Source: Takakia lepidozioides (Eukaryota; Plantae; Bryophyta). From it: a DNA stretch of 64,000 nt. Both the position numbers and the translations under genes were made by a program. Below are positions 38,417 through 52,782 of the stretch, in pieces (positions within the stretch are counted from its first letter, which is position 1; every line of letters starts with the position of its first letter). The notes below the pieces were generated by a model that was given only the letters and a program-made list of their open reading frames with translations, had not been told where the DNA came from and made no database searches. Location: the NCBI GenBank assembly GCA_030704615.1, contig CM060732.1:11284001-11348000 (forward strand), read 5' to 3'.

Positions 38417-41400
38417 TCATAACAGACTCTGCAGACTCTCAAGAGGTTTGATTGTACCAAAAGCCCTAACTGGGTGGTTAGCCCTGCTACTGCACAGACT
38501 TGCCCTCCCCTTCCCTTTGGACATCTTGCGGGCGCCAGAATCTTCAACATCTTTGAGCTTGTAGTAGTGGGGCGCAATCTCCACCAACCACTCTGGCTTG
38601 ATCTCAATCACCTGTCGCATGAACTCCTTTTTGGTTAGAACAAGCTCATGATAAACCACCCACCTTGCAGGCATCACCTTACACAGACCTGAACTTGGGT
38701 GTATACTCACTCTTTGTGGATTCTTGATAGTGCAATATGATCCGTCCTTTTGCAGCTTTGCCTTGTGATGAAAGAAGCCAGAAGTAATGGCCTTCTTTAT
38801 GGCCTCAAGGTCATATTTCCAATCGTGCTCGCTTCATACTCCGCACTTGAAGGTAATTTTCATAACACCATTGTGTAGAGTAATTCGTTTCCATCCATGT
38901 GTTGTAGACATTGAGGAGGGCAAGATGGTCACCAACGTTCCCTGCATGGAAATTCATGTGTGCATTATCAGCGTGCACTTGCTTGTTCTTGGGGCGGTAG
39001 AAAATGGAGTTTCCCATAGAAAGCATGGCACATATGGTTACAATCTCCTCTGAGCATTGAAACTGATCTGAAGCGATCAACATCTTGGAGAGCATTGGGT
39101 CCAGTGGAAACTCCGCCATCCGCCTCCCTGTCTTTGTCAACTCCCCGCGGTCATTCAACGCACCGAGAGCATAGAGCTGCTCTAAAGCCCTGAGAAGTGT
39201 TTCAGCTGGAGGGGGATCCATGAAGTCAAAGTTGATCGGCTCAGTGATGCCCAAGCTCTTCAGTAATAAGACCACATTACCCAAATTCGTTCTTTGAACT
39301 TCAGGAATTGTGTTCTCGTCCATTTCATTTCTGAATGACCACGCAGTATACAGACGGTAACATCTTCCAGCAGAGGTGCGACCGACCCGACCAGCACGTT
39401 GTTGAGCGCAGACCGAGAGATAGAAGTAACGGTAAGCGACTCCATACCAGTGCGAGGATTGTAGCTTTTTTGTTTACATAAGCCGGGGTCTATGACATAG
39501 CGGATACCGTCGATTGTAAGAGAGGTTTCTGCAATGTTGGTAGCCAGAACAACCTTTCGAGTCCCCTCGGGAGTTTCTTCAAAGATCTTTGCCTGCATTT
39601 CGGGAGGAAGATTTGCATAGATAGGCAGTATTATCACTTCTGAAATTTTTGAACCAAGACTTCTAATCCTCTGTTTCAACATCTCTTCCATTGCTTCAAT
39701 CTCCTCTTGACCCGGAAGGAAAACCAGAACATCGCCTGCAGGTTCTTCGATGTGGATCTGTAGGCTTGTCATTATTGCCCCTCCTATATTGCCTTCCGCC
39801 TCTGGTTCTTTTGCATAGAAGACTTCTACTGGAAACCGTCTACCTGGTATACGAAAAATGGGTGCATCGTCAAAATAGGCACAGAACTTCTTTGCATCCA
39901 GAGTAGCACTTGAGATCAGCAACTTGATATCCAGCCGAAACCGTGTAATATCCTTTAGAATACCAAACAAGATATCTGTCGACAGGGTCCGCTCATGTGC
40001 CTCGTCAATTATCAGGACACTGTAGCTAGCTAGATCGGGTTCACTCAGAAGTTCCCGCAGAAGCATGCCATCTGTCATGTACTTGATAACTGTAGCTTCA
40101 GAAGTGCAGTCCTCAAAACGGATGGAGTACCCAACCTCACGGCCTAGTTTGACCGCCATCTCTTCAGCGACACGAGCCGAGACACTCATGGCAGCCACCC
40201 TTCGAGGTTGTGTGCAACCTATCTTTCCAAGCTTACTGTACCCTGCTTCGTGAAGGTATTGGGGAATTTGAGTAGTCTTTCCACGGCCTGTTTCTCCTTC
40301 GATCACAAGAACTTGGTGATGTTTAATTGCATCGAGGAGTTGATCCTTGTACATATATATGGGTGTTGTCTTTCGATTCTCTAGCAGCTTCTTGTGTGCG
40401 GTCTTTGCAGCTGTTGATCTGACTTCTTTATTTATTTCTACAGATTCTTCTTGAGCAACCTCATGTCCAGCTTCCATGGTAGAAGCCTGGATGAAATGAA
40501 CCTGGTTGTCAATCACAAACTCATAATCATGATCTCCGTTTGTCTTGCTATTACGAGCTCCAAACTTGAGTGTGGCCTTACCTCTTTGTTGTTCCTCCCA
40601 AGCTTCCTGTTCAGCAAATCTGTTGATATTTCCATCCCTGTCAACATTCCTCACAAAATCCAAAGCACAATCAAATTTTTTGCTCGCACTATCATATTCC
40701 ACAGGCATTCGATACTCCTCGATATCATTCACATCCTTTCCACGGTGTTTTGCAAGCTCATAAACTTTCTTCTTGTACGAATATTCTACCTGCTCTTTGG
40801 TTGTCAGTTTTTGATCTCCAAATAAAAACTCTTCATCAACCAACTCGTCCTTGAGCATTTGCAACTTCTTTGCCTCTCTCACTTTCAAGTACTCTTGTCT
40901 CGACTCTTCCCTTAGCATAGGCAGAAGTTCGTTTCGTCCGTGGGCTTCCCCTCTTCGTCTCGCTTCCTCTACTTGGCTTTTCGACAACCCAAAACACTCT
41001 ACCTTTCTTATAGTAGTAATAGCCTTCTCACACAAACGCTTTTCTAGCTCTTTTTTCTCACATTGATCCTCCTCTCGTGCCCTTTCCCTTTCCGCCTCTA
41101 CAGCATCCTTTGACTCCAATTTCACCTGCCTGCTCCGACCCCTTTTCATGGGCCGCGCAATTTCCCTTTCCTCGTCTACATCCTCCTCAAATTTTCTTTT
41201 CAAGTGCTTCCGGCGATCGTCCTTCTCACGTACATCTACCACAACTCGCCCAACCTCTGCATCATCTGCATCCACCAAATCAGACTGTTGTCGATACGCA
41301 CTCGGACCAACAACTTTGCGGAGCATGTGTGTGTGCAGATTGTGGGCAAACGTCTGAGTATCTTTTGAAACAGGGAACTCGTAGTTATGTAAGCGCTCGA

Positions 41401-41527
41401 TTAGATCTTTCACAGCTTGGGTCTTTTCAGCGAGTCTCATCACAAATCGAATCATGGTGGGTGCGTTGTAGCCCAACAGTGTGAGCAGCCAGTCTCCCAC
41501 CCAGGTGCGCGTCTCTTTGTCCTCCAT
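38417..41527 (-). pseudogene. Intronless DEAH-box splicing helicase DHX16/Prp2/ESP3-like retro-pseudogene
   Basis: Motifs GETGRGKTTQIPQ, TQPRRVAA, DEAHERT, SAT, ATNIAETSLTIDG, HA2 and OB-fold. A frameshift near 39410 puts QRAGRVGR out of frame. A deletion with frameshift occurs near 38825. No introns over 3.1 kb. Confidence 0.9.
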
Positions 41528-42424
41528 GCCTCTCTATTTCTTCTCTGTGTCTTGATGGGCACTGCCCACACTTGTGTGAATGTGACTAAGTTGGTGGCAT
41601 TTATACTTGACATGAAGAAGGCTAAAAGTGATCAAACTTTTACTTTTACTTTTTTTCTCTTACTTTTTTTTTGCCTTATTATCTATACTTCTGCCTGCTA
41701 TTCCTCAGAAAAGAAAAGTGTCAGTTTGGAGGATTTGAACCCTAAGCGCCTACAGTTTTTTTCAGAAAAAAATTGCAAAATGTGATCCACCTCTACAAAA
41801 GTTGACAATTTCATGTAGTTAACTACATCCCCTACCTTGACCTAAACTCTCATGACATTTGGCCTGAGGAATTGGAATCTTATATTTTGCAAGCATGAAA
41901 AGTTTCTGCAACCTCTCCAGAGTAGGAAAGAATTACACCAACCTTATCAAATCTCCTAGGTGGCTGAACCAATTGAGTTCAGATTCCACAGGGACATGCC
42001 TTGGCCACCTTCTCCTAATTTTTCAGAGTTTGTGGTGTGGACAAGATTTGGTTATACCTCCTTTGTACTGATGCAGAGGGGGTCCCACATACTGTATTTT
42101 CTATATTTTGCCACCATTTCGGTTTTGAGAATAACCTGGTTGTGGAAAACTGAACTGTCCCAATGTTGTGAATGAAGTTGGGAAGGTCCTCCTACATTGA
42201 ATCCATCATTCAACACCCCCCCTGGGATGTGGGTTTCCCTTGCCAGACCTCCAATTCTGCATTGTCCCCTTGTTGCTCAGGGCTATCCCATGGGCAGTTG
42301 GGGTCAGCCCCAACAGGCAGCCCAGCCCCTGAACGCCTCATTCGATAATTTTATAGGGTCTCTGCAACATGGCTGCTGTGTTGACAAGTTTGGGCAGTTT
42401 CATCACTCTGTCGTGTGGGCTTGG

Positions 42425-42476
42425 AATACCTGGTTATGTAATACCTGGTTATGTGCTTGGAATACCTGGTTATGTT
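42425..42476. repeat. Short tandem repeat AATACCTGGTTATGT x3
   Basis: Seen directly in the sequence. Confidence 0.85.
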
Positions 42477-43112
42477 TTGATCGTCCTCATTCCCAAGGAG
42501 CATGATGGCAGTGCTATCCGCTCTGCTGGGTTAAGGAAGCAATCCTTAGTGTGGTTACCTCTAGAAGTAAATATTTGAAGGGTATAAACCATCTATGACA
42601 ATCCACCCAACTCAACCCTGGGTAAATTTGCACCTACTGATGTTTGGACCATTCAGTAATCTCTCATGACGTCACTACCTATTTTCCTCCCACTTTTCCT
42701 CCCACGCACCTTTTCGATCCTCACTGTACATGTGGAGTCGAATTCATCCTAGTTGAATGTTTGCATTTTCACACCTGAAGGCCAGAAAGCTTTACAGCGC
42801 AGGCATAGGGATGATACAAGTCTTCCAAACAGGCAGTCCTTCACAATGGGAGACGCATGGGAAGAACCCGAGCTGTCCAAGAACTAACCATTGCTACTGT
42901 TTGGACCATTATAAAAGTTCTATAAAGATTAGAAGCACTGTGAAGTTGCTAAGCACTGAGATCAATTATCAGCCTTCCATAGAATCCACCTGGGCTACGT
43001 GTTGTCCCTTGCACCTGCCCAGCTATTTGGCACCATTTTCAGTATCTACTTGCTATTCTGATCTGAGTACATAGAGCACAGTTCAGACCACAGTCGACTT
43101 GTTATGAGACGA

Positions 43113-46100
43113 CTAACTAGAGGTACCAAATTGGGAGAGCATCACAGCTCCACCAACAACTACTACAGATGAACCTATCAGCAGTGTCTTTGCTTGCTGC
43201 CCACTCACTTCCTCATAATAGAAGACTGCCCACATGGCACTCACTAGAAGCTGGCATTGCACCAGTGGCCACCCGAGCGACATTCCCATGTACAATGTTG
43301 CATAGATGCTGCAAGAATCCACCATCCAAATTCACGACCCAAGCCCTTCTGGCAAATATGCCAACCAAGAGAGAGAGAGAGCTTGCTGTGGGCCCCTGGC
43401 CATAGGCCACTTGCCCAAGCGGAATGGGCAAGGGACCAGGGTGCAGGAAAAGAGCAGAATAAGGCCACCAAACATCAAAAGGTCCCTACAGTGATGGGAC
43501 TTACCATGAGATTTATTCTGGCCTCCAAATTTTCACTTGTGAGCAAGGAGAGAAAGAAAGGGACAAATCTATAACATCCATGGCCCTGGGCCTATAGGAC
43601 AAAGTAAGAGCAGGAGAGGTGTACTAATGACATTACGGCATAGTAGCTAACTGTCAAAACCACATTAGGATGATCAACATAAATACCCAACTGGGTGGAC
43701 AGCAGGGAGCTCAGCACTTCTCCTACTCAGAGAATGAGGCGTGTAAGAAAATGTAGAGGAGCCAGCAAGATGAATGAAGAGAATACCTGCAGTAATTGCC
43801 AATACTCCATAAGACACCAGTCAGCAATGCTGGCCCTGCTGCCACCCGAAACTGGAAGCATGGACAAGGCCAACCTGAGCAAACAAGAACCAGGGAGTAG
43901 GTTGCAAGCAGTAGAGTGGTAATAACCATGGCTCCCACACCAAAAGAGACCAAGTATTCGACCCCCACCACATCCTGCAATTTCACACCAGCTTTTCTTT
44001 TCATTGACCAGCTTTTGAAAGTGGTTATCACAGGCATTCGTCAAGTCTTGGCATAAGGGCATTGTCATTGGGGCCATTGCCCTTTGTCATGAAACTATTT
44101 GTTTGGTAATTCAGAGATATGAAAGTTATCACCCACATGATGATGAAAACAAGATGCCTGTTTGGGTTCAATAATTTTTTTACTACATTCACAACACTCT
44201 GCGAATTTCTGGTTGTCAGCCACACCAGAACTTAAATCCATCCCAGATATGTGCATGACATCTACATCATACAGCAAAATAGGGCTATCCACTGCTCCAT
44301 TCAAGCAGTATCAGTTTGATGTTGCAAACCTTACAGACAAACTCAGCATGTGTCTCAAGTACAACCCGAGCTTGAAGTTTGGTAACTGGTCTGTTATGGA
44401 CCTGTATTCCATCATCCATCCTGCTATTGCGGTCCAGGTTTTATAATAAGACATGTAGTCCATGTAATCTGTTAGCATCAATAGAGAAGATTGCTGGTGT
44501 GTCTTACCTGGTTTGCATACTTCAGAGGGATCATGACGCTGCCATTTGCTACACCGACAAACACAGCACACACTACACCTTGGATGAACCTGTCCTCTTT
44601 GTTGTACTTCAGCTTCCCACAATCATCCCTTATGCTCAGCACAGAACCCGCACTCTCATTGTCGTCATCACTGATCAAACTTGCTGTGAGATTTCCATCC
44701 AATGCCTCGTCTCCCTGCACTGTTTCTTACTTCATAACTCAATCTAAAAATATGACTTTGCCTGAAACTGGCCCCAGTTGTGGACATCTACATGTAGATA
44801 CAAACACGGCATGAATACAACTTGAGGCATTCAAAATATATATCAACTTGTTTGATGTCAACACCTAGTAACATCAATTGCAATTTATGACCCTGTGAAA
44901 ACTAGGCACCTCTGCAACTTAACTCTTTGTGATTCATTCAATAAGAAAGATAATACCTGTTTTGAGCAGTTCCCTGCCCTTGAGCTATTCAATAATGTTC
45001 TTGGCAGACAATATAGGAGTTTCCCTGTGGAACTCCCAACAAAGCAGTACAAATTGGGCCTTCAAGTCAAACCTCTTTTTTGTAGTCTCACTTGGATTGA
45101 AGCCATGCATTGCATGGTGGGGTTCTGACATGGGTGCATAAGGAACTCAGGCTATATAAGCTCCCCACCGCAGATTCAATAGACAATCTGATGCAAGCAC
45201 TCCTTTTTTGACTCATTAATCAGAAACAAACCCTGATATACCCTGTCTGAAGCACTTCTTGAGAAAAGACAGCTCAATATCCACCTGCTGTTCTTGCAGA
45301 TTGTGTCCAGCACTTCGAAAGGTGAGTTAGGAGATTATTTCCTGAAGCTGCCGACCCGACACCAATCATTCCAATTGCCATGATAGCAAGAGCCACGAGC
45401 GCAAGTGTGTGATTTCTTATGGGCTCGTCGAAGAAGTACGCTCCCCAGATATATGATACAAATACTGGCCCACAGAAAAGTCACAGGCCTCCGTTAGTTT
45501 GTTAAGAACTGCTGAAATGCAACGCTCAAAATTTGTAGCAGGTCTCATACTTGTGCGAAAAAAACATTTTGAAAGCAACCCCAGTATGCTGGATGTAAAT
45601 TATAGATAGTGCCACCTATACCATCACCTACTTCCCTAAGAATGTATTTTTGACACTTCCCTTGCTGTAGACCCTGTCGCCAGTTTGGACAACACAAACA
45701 GGTGGGGAGAGGGAAGAGTGGCCTAGAACAGACAGAGACACACACAAACATGGACACTAAGAGATAGAAAGAATCCAACCATACTGCTAAGGCCACTCCA
45801 TAAAGACTGGGCAGTGCCAATGCCAGCCAATCGTACGGCAGTAATGGCACCGATACCCGTCATCACCCACAGGCCAGCCCCTGCGAATCCCCACCATGTG
45901 AATCTCAGTGGCTGCTGCCCCAAAAAAACCCAACATGACCACCATACATTAGAAATCACTCAAACTTTCCTGTCTCATTTGCCTCTCACAACTAAGATCA
46001 GACAACTTCTGCGAATCACTTTCACCCTAAAACACCACACCTTCAAACCACATATCTACTTCTATATTATGACAGATGAAATTGAGGAACAGAGAGTCTG

Positions 46101-47280
46101 AATCCATACCACATAAAGCAAGACAAGCCAGGAAGTAGCAAAGCAAGCAAACGACTTGTATGTCTGGAATACCACAGGATCAACATGCGCTGCCATGACT
46201 GATGGCATTCTTATAGGCACCGCTGCAATGCACCAGGAGCTATGGAATAAGCGTATGACTAAGGCTACATCTTCTCAAGTACACTTCCTTTGAGGTAATA
46301 TCTACACCCCAGCAATCAGTTTGCTTTCTGCAATGGTTCAGCCAGATAAATAATTCCACACAATCAAGCAACTGCTGGATGAAGGAGTCGAAACTTTTAT
46401 TCAAAAGTTTAAGGTTAGCTGAGGAGCTCCTACATTCAACAACTCATCACATTGGTGAGACCATACATATGCAACCTCCAGGGCAGGGAAAAGAAACACC
46501 AGAACATGTTTTTCCTCCAAAAGATGGAGTCACATACTGTAACAGGACATTGGTCAGGTAGGCCTGTCCATTGTATCCGCAAAAGAATTTGTCCAGCAAG
46601 GATTTTATTGACTAGGTAGCTTAGTTCCGACACCACATTTGTTAATCACACTTTTTCCCCTCCGAATGCAAACTCGGTTGCTGGAAGTTAACCTTATTTT
46701 TATGCTCACAATATCTCATCTCCACTGGGACTGCATTGCTATGGCGATCACAAATCAAACCTTTGGGCCTTATCTGCAGGATGTAATTTGGAAGCCCCAT
46801 TCGGGCTATGCCCGAAGTTGTACCTCTCTCGATCAGTACAAGTGATTTCTTTGCTTTCCCTCAAATGTGGAGAGGAGGAAGGCCAACGAATGCATAGCCC
46901 ATGGCGGCAATAATCAATGTCTGGAAGTCATCCTAGCAGCTCTGATGTGGTTCTCGGAGGATCACCACCCGCCTGGGATCAGACCTTCTAAGTTCAAAAG
47001 GCACAAGCATGGCAAGCAGTTCTTGTACACCAAAACTCAGACCGACATGGGACTGACTTCCACACTCGTGGGGTACCGTCCTCAGAATCCCCGGTCTAGC
47101 GTCACACCACAGAAGCAAACAAGATGCAAGCTTCATCACATGCCCCAATGACGATTACAATTGAGCAGTTTCTACATTGAAGCGGAAAGTCTGCCGGTAA
47201 ACCACAGGAGACGTACCATAAGAGCCAAAAAACAGCATGGAGGCTACTGATGCGAGCGCGCCTGCCATTCCTTCATTCAT
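43113..47280 (-). CDS. TMEM144-like drug/metabolite transporter (7 coding exons)
   Basis: MNEGMAGALASVASMLFFGSY|AVPIR...VDPVVFQTYKS...FTWWGFAGAGLWV...AGIGTAQSLWSGLS|IFVSYIWG...VANGSVMIPLK...GPALLTGVLWSIGNYC|SIYAT...LGWPLVQCQLLVSAMWAVFYYEE. About 10 hydrophobic segments. Confidence 0.85.
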
Positions 47281-49108
47281 TGCGGCGAATGTCAGTAACA
47301 ACCTCCTTGTCCCTCACACCAAGGAATGCGCACTGGGGCAGCAGCAGAGAAAAATCAAGTCTCGCTAATAAGTTGAAGAAAACCCATAGCTCACAGGAAT
47401 CATGTCGCTGCAGAGAATTCACTTATGGGTGTCTGTCGGCAAGGAACACCTTGAAAAACCCATGTGTCACAAAAGCAACTGACACTAATGTGATCTCTCA
47501 CTTATCTCCGCGCAGCTTCACAGCAACGAAGACAACCCCTCAAGAAATCGCAGTTAACTATCAATTTTCTTAACGATTCTGGTACCTACCGGAAATGGAC
47601 GCATGCAATTGTGGGAGCCAGAGCTTCTTCCCCCCTAGCCATATGCACTGGGCATTTCTATCGTTATGGCATTGTGGAAAGGAGGGGATGAAGGCCTCCT
47701 CTCTCCCTTACATTCATAGTTTCTGTGTGTCAAAGCGTCCCATAGATTTACCTGCAAGAGGGTATTGTTTGGTATTGTCATTGATGCAATTCTGGAGTGA
47801 CCGTCTAGGAAGATCAAATCAAGGACGACATGAACCGGAGATCTTTGGCCGTATTAGGGATATTTTTTTATCGTTCATTTTAGAAAGATCGGCGGCTCAT
47901 GGTGGTTGAAGGCGCCATGGCTCATTCAAACTGCGCCGCAAGCGTGTTGATCTTGAGAGAGAGAGAGAGTGTGTGTGTGTGTGTGCTGGTGAGGTGGTGG
48001 GAGAGATCCTTAGGTACATTTGGAGATGGGGGAAGGGATCTACGGAGGTAGGCGGTATGGAGTCTGCGGTCGTGTTTCCTACTGTTTGTTGGGTTGTGAA
48101 GAGGGAGTGCATTACTACATTTAGAAGGAAGGGAGGGGGAGGGATCTGTGGAGTTATTGTATTTCTCTACATTGGGGGGGTGCAGTGCTTGAGGTAGCTA
48201 TGGGGCATTATGTTGGGTCCTGTCGCATTTCTCCTTGCGCTGTAGAGAGGGAGTGCAAAGCTACTTGTGGAGGGAACGAATGAAATTTACTGATATTTAC
48301 GGTACGGAGTCTGAGAGATGGGTCTTGTCCAGTCCTGTCGCATTTTTCCGTGAGGGAGTGCATTGCGTGTTGAAGGGAGCCTGGAGAGGAATAGTGTTGG
48401 GAGTCTGTTTTTGGTGAAGGATTTACGTGTCCGCGCGCTGTAGAGATTGGGAATGCATTTATGAAGCATTGTTTGCTGGAGGTATGGGACTTGGATAGAG
48501 ATACTGTAAAGGGTTCTTGCTTATTTGAAGTTCATGCTGTAGAGAGAGTGGATGTATTAAGAAGGTAGTCGGTACGCGCTGCGTGAAGAGGGTGTTCTTG
48601 TTGCCATAAACCCAGTTCCGAGCTCGGTTGGAGTAGAAAGTTTGGGGCGTGGTGGAGGAGTATGAGAAGCAAAGAGCCACAGGCAGTAGGCTTTGGACTG
48701 ATGACTTGAAATCGAATGAAGCTACGTTTTTGTCTCTTCCTCTCCTTTCATCTAGTCCCGCCTCCATTTGAGCCGTTTATGTAACACTTGCTCGCTACCT
48801 ACAGGTATGGCGGAAAGACAAGTAATCAAGTTGTTTTCTTTCGCGGGGGGGGGCACATCAAAGCTGCCTGCCACCATGAGGAGAAGGATCAGTTATCGCG
48901 TCGGGAGTAACTAGGAAATGGTGCATCGTACGTTGGGTTAACTTTGTGCGCTGATCCAAAGTGAAACTCGGTGATCCTGGGAGAGTCTACGTATTTAATA
49001 CCCAGCTGTTCAGCGGGAGACTCCGTTGCGCACAGAGAGAGAGGGAGAGATCACAGTGTCTGTAACCGGAGAGGCTGTCAACCGGCATTGAACTAGTGGA
49101 AGATTATA

Positions 49109-50156
49109 ATGGGCCCCTCTAAGTTAAGTTTCGATGACTCCAGAAGGGATATTGGACACCTCAATGGGAAGCTCATGATGGTTGCAGCTCAAAAATCACG
49201 CACCAAACATAAGAAATTATCCACTGCCCTTCGTGCTCTGTTCAGTCGGTTCCCCTTCCCCGTCTTCAGCTGCAAAGGCATAGCCCTGGCGCATGCTCCC
49301 TCGGAGCACCCAGTACTTGGCAGCTGTGTCATAGGTATGCATACGCGACGCTTCCTTTTCTGCATTTAACCTTCCATTTGCACTCGGGGGGCTTGTTCTT
49401 GTGTGGTGGGAGGAGCAGGGCGAGGCTGGAAAAGGTAGGGAAGTGAGGTAAAATTGAAGTCTTGTAATTCCAAACACGCAGGGGCCTCCACATCTGATTC
49501 TCTATTAGGAGCAGAAATCTGCCAGTGAGCTCATCGTATACTCCGTGATTGTTGCTAGGGGTTGGCCAGCAGATGTGTGTGAAATGTCTCAAATATTTCT
49601 GCGGAACGCTTAAAACCCAACATCTTATCACAGTGGCTCTGTCTTCGCTCTCTCAAGTCTGATTTCTCCCTTCTTTTGTTGCTCGACAGGCACGTTGTAT
49701 GGACACCGAAAAGGCCATGTGTACTTGGCAGTCCAAGATGACCCCAAATGTTTTCCTATCTTCATTCTTGAGCTTGCAACCCCAACAAGCGCACTGGTCA
49801 AGGAGATGGCATCAGGGCTTGTACGGATTGCGCTTGAATGCGAGAGATCATCAAGTCACGGAAAACCGCTACTTCAGGAACGCACGTGGACGATGTTCTG
49901 TAACGGAAGGAAGACGGGCTATGCAGTCCACCGGGATTGTTCTGAGATTGATCGGCGCATCCTTACTCTAGTGCAAGCGGTATCTATGGGGGCTGGGGTG
50001 TTACCGTTGGAGGAGGAAGCTTTTGACGGAGAAATGATGTACATGAGAGCGCGGTTTGAGAGAGTCATTGGATCACGAGATTCAGAGGCGTTCTATATGA
50101 TGAATCCTGATGGCAATGGAGGGCCAGAGCTCAGCATCTTCTTGTTGAGGGTTTAG
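49109..50156 (+). CDS. MIZ1: MIZU-KUSSEI 1 (DUF617) family protein (exons 49109-49334, 49690-50156)
   Basis: VI|GTLYGHRKGHV...LVKEMASGLVRIALECE...WTMFCNGRKTGYA...VSMGAGVLP...MYMRARFERVIGSRDSEAFYMMNPDGNGGPELSIFLLRV. Confidence 0.93.
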
Positions 50157-52612
50157 GCAGTGTAGGCAGCTTAAATGCCTTCATTTGTCGCCCTACTAGT
50201 GTAACATGATGTGTTAGAGCGTAGTTGGGGCTCGGGTGTAAAGTACGATATGGATCAGTGCTGATGAAGGGGGCTGGGTGCTGATATTAGTCTCAAGAGT
50301 CTTCTGCAGCCCTTTCACTGTATAGTTATACATCTGTTCTGCAAGTTGAAAGTTTGTGCACTTCCTCCTCTTTCAAACATTCAGAAGAATTGCAGCAACG
50401 GGATTATTTCATCTCTAGCAACTGAAGCTCAGAGCAGACAACTTGACTGCTGCTGGCCCAACCCCACAAGACTGGGGGAGTTGGGAAGGAAGACATGGTC
50501 AGTGATATGACTGGAGCAGACAACGGTGTGGGTCAGATCAGGCCTGGTTTCCCAAGGAAGTCCGGAATTGTGAAGCGAAGACGAGGAACGACTGTCGCGA
50601 GGAATGTCTGTGGAGTTGTTCCTGACAGACTCCTTCCCTTAGGGAAAAAAATCCTTGTCATCTCCAGGAAATGAGGAACAGACAGAAGCAGCCCAACTGC
50701 AATGATCCGATTCGGAAGCATGAAGATGCTACCGATGGGAGTAGTGTGAAGCATCCAAATGCCAAATTCTACCATAGGCCAGGCGCACAGGTAGTGAAGC
50801 TGCCTTTGATGGGTACACAGATGGGCAGAAAATAATGGTTTGTCAATTCAGTGCAGTCTTTAGAGGTTATTGGCAAAATGCCTTGACAGTGGACACTTGT
50901 GTCCAGCTTCCTTTCCCGCTGGGCCAGCCTGGACAACTCACCCTGCTTAGAGAGCTGCTGTCTAGCTTCCTGAATATGATGAAGATTATTAGGCCAAAAA
51001 CATCATCTTTGTCGGCAGTTGGATTTCTCTCATCAATTTGAAGCATTTGTTTTCTTTGGATGGCAACTATATATGAGGGAATTCTTGTCAATGCCTCGAT
51101 TTCTGCATAGCTTCTGGCAAACCCAACGTGGAGAAATCCATCCAGTTACATGCCAGCAGTATATTGGGCTGGAGTGCAGACAGTGACCGACATTCTCTGG
51201 CACGGGACTGAGGACCATAAACCTTGCCTTGTTTGCAGACTAAACTAACATATCCCGTCCCTAGTAAAATTCCGGTTGATGCAATGCTTGTCTGTGTAAC
51301 GAATCCTCCTCAGCCTTCTCAACCAAAAGCAAAGGTTTCAAAGAATGGAACTTGTGTTTGCAAGTTTCTTGCCCCAGGCATGCCATATGAATGATTTTTT
51401 CTCCAGTGTTCAATCCAGATCACCAATGCGAAGTGAGAGTTTGTGTCCGGTTGCCCATTCGCGCACAATGGAAACAACCTCACCTTTTTGTATGCCACTG
51501 TCCTGCAAAGAGATGAAATTCAAAGCGGAAGAAGATAGGTAATAGAGATACTGATCTTAAACTGATCTCCCTGCTCCTCAAATCTATGGCGTATCTACAA
51601 GTATGCCGGTGGGATGGACATGGAGCACGTGCCAATGACGAACACTGTTGTGAGCTTGTGCGGCAATAAACCCAGGTAGCAGCCACGATGCGCAGACGGC
51701 GGCACAAAGCTGCAGGATCCAAGGTACTACTGCCCTGCCTGCCTCAGATGCCGCCTCATATCCTCCCCACTATCCCTTCATTTACTTCCTGCGCTGCCCT
51801 GTCATACACTGACACCAAAAAGGTACACTTGTCTACTCCTGTCTGCTCTTAAATGGGAACTGTAGCCTGCACTTACTTGTGTAACTTGTACGTCCACGCC
51901 TCGCGTCCAGGTATCCGGGGGAGCAGCAGAGATACTTAGAATATGGTCCTCAATCACAGCTCACAACTCGATGAACGGTTGGGTTGGGGATAATCAAAGC
52001 AAAACCACCCTCTTATAAGAGGACACGGCCCATGTGCAACTCGAGCGGTCTTGGCCCTTCCTCCGAAGTTATGGTGGAGGTGGCAAGGTGAGTCCTTCTC
52101 CAGGAACTCTTCACAGCGAGGCAGGCTATCCCGGATCGTGGGTCACGCATTCTACAGGATGTTCACTTCCAGCATGATGGGATGGGGATTTGGGCCGATT
52201 CTGCCACAGGATGCGGGTGCGAAAAGTTCAAATCTTCCAAGCAAGGATGCAGAGAATGAATGGCCAAGCATTAGATGGGGCCCTGGCGTTGAATGCGAGG
52301 GAGCCGGTTCATCCAGAGTGGCCACCCCCTCCCACCCCCCGTGCACTGCGCGGGCAGCTGCCGCGCGGCACGCCCTCCGCGCCTCATGTGCCCGCTGTGG
52401 GGACATGACGCATGCCCTGGCCATGCCCTCTCCCGCATCCCCATCTCGCCTCCCATCCTGCCCTCATGCCTGCCATCGCCCTGCATCCAACATAGTACAT
52501 GCTATCCCAAGCATACATCATGCATTCATGAAATTATGCATGATTCAAAAATTATTCTGAGAGGTATTCAAATTTCAAATGGCAAATCTGAGCAAAGGAC
52601 TTGACGTTCAGA

Positions 52613-52688
52613 CGTATGCCACGCTGTCACATACATGGCCACCCCAATCACGTATGCCACGCCGTCACATACATGGCCACCCCAATCG
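52613..52688. repeat. 38-bp direct repeat x2 inside the left subterminal region of the MULE
   Basis: CGTATGCCACGC(T/C)GTCACATACATGGCCACCCCAATC twice. Confidence 0.9.
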
Positions 52689-52782
52689 AGGGTTTTGCTA
52701 CACTCATCATGCATTTCCTCGTACAGCAGTTCTCTCCATGCTTCCAAACGCATCCCTAGCTATGCAACGAGGGCATTCACAT

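Noticed and set aside
2022-41527. Functional RNA-processing gene cluster (LUC7, SSU72, DHX16)
   Set aside because: The genes are interspersed with unrelated genes, DHX16 is a pseudogene, and there is no evidence of co-regulation.
50500-52200. Possible gene or retroelement remnants downstream of MIZ1
   Set aside because: Only short broken frames with one weak RT-like phrase (TIRDSLPRCEEFLE), which is insufficient without a search.
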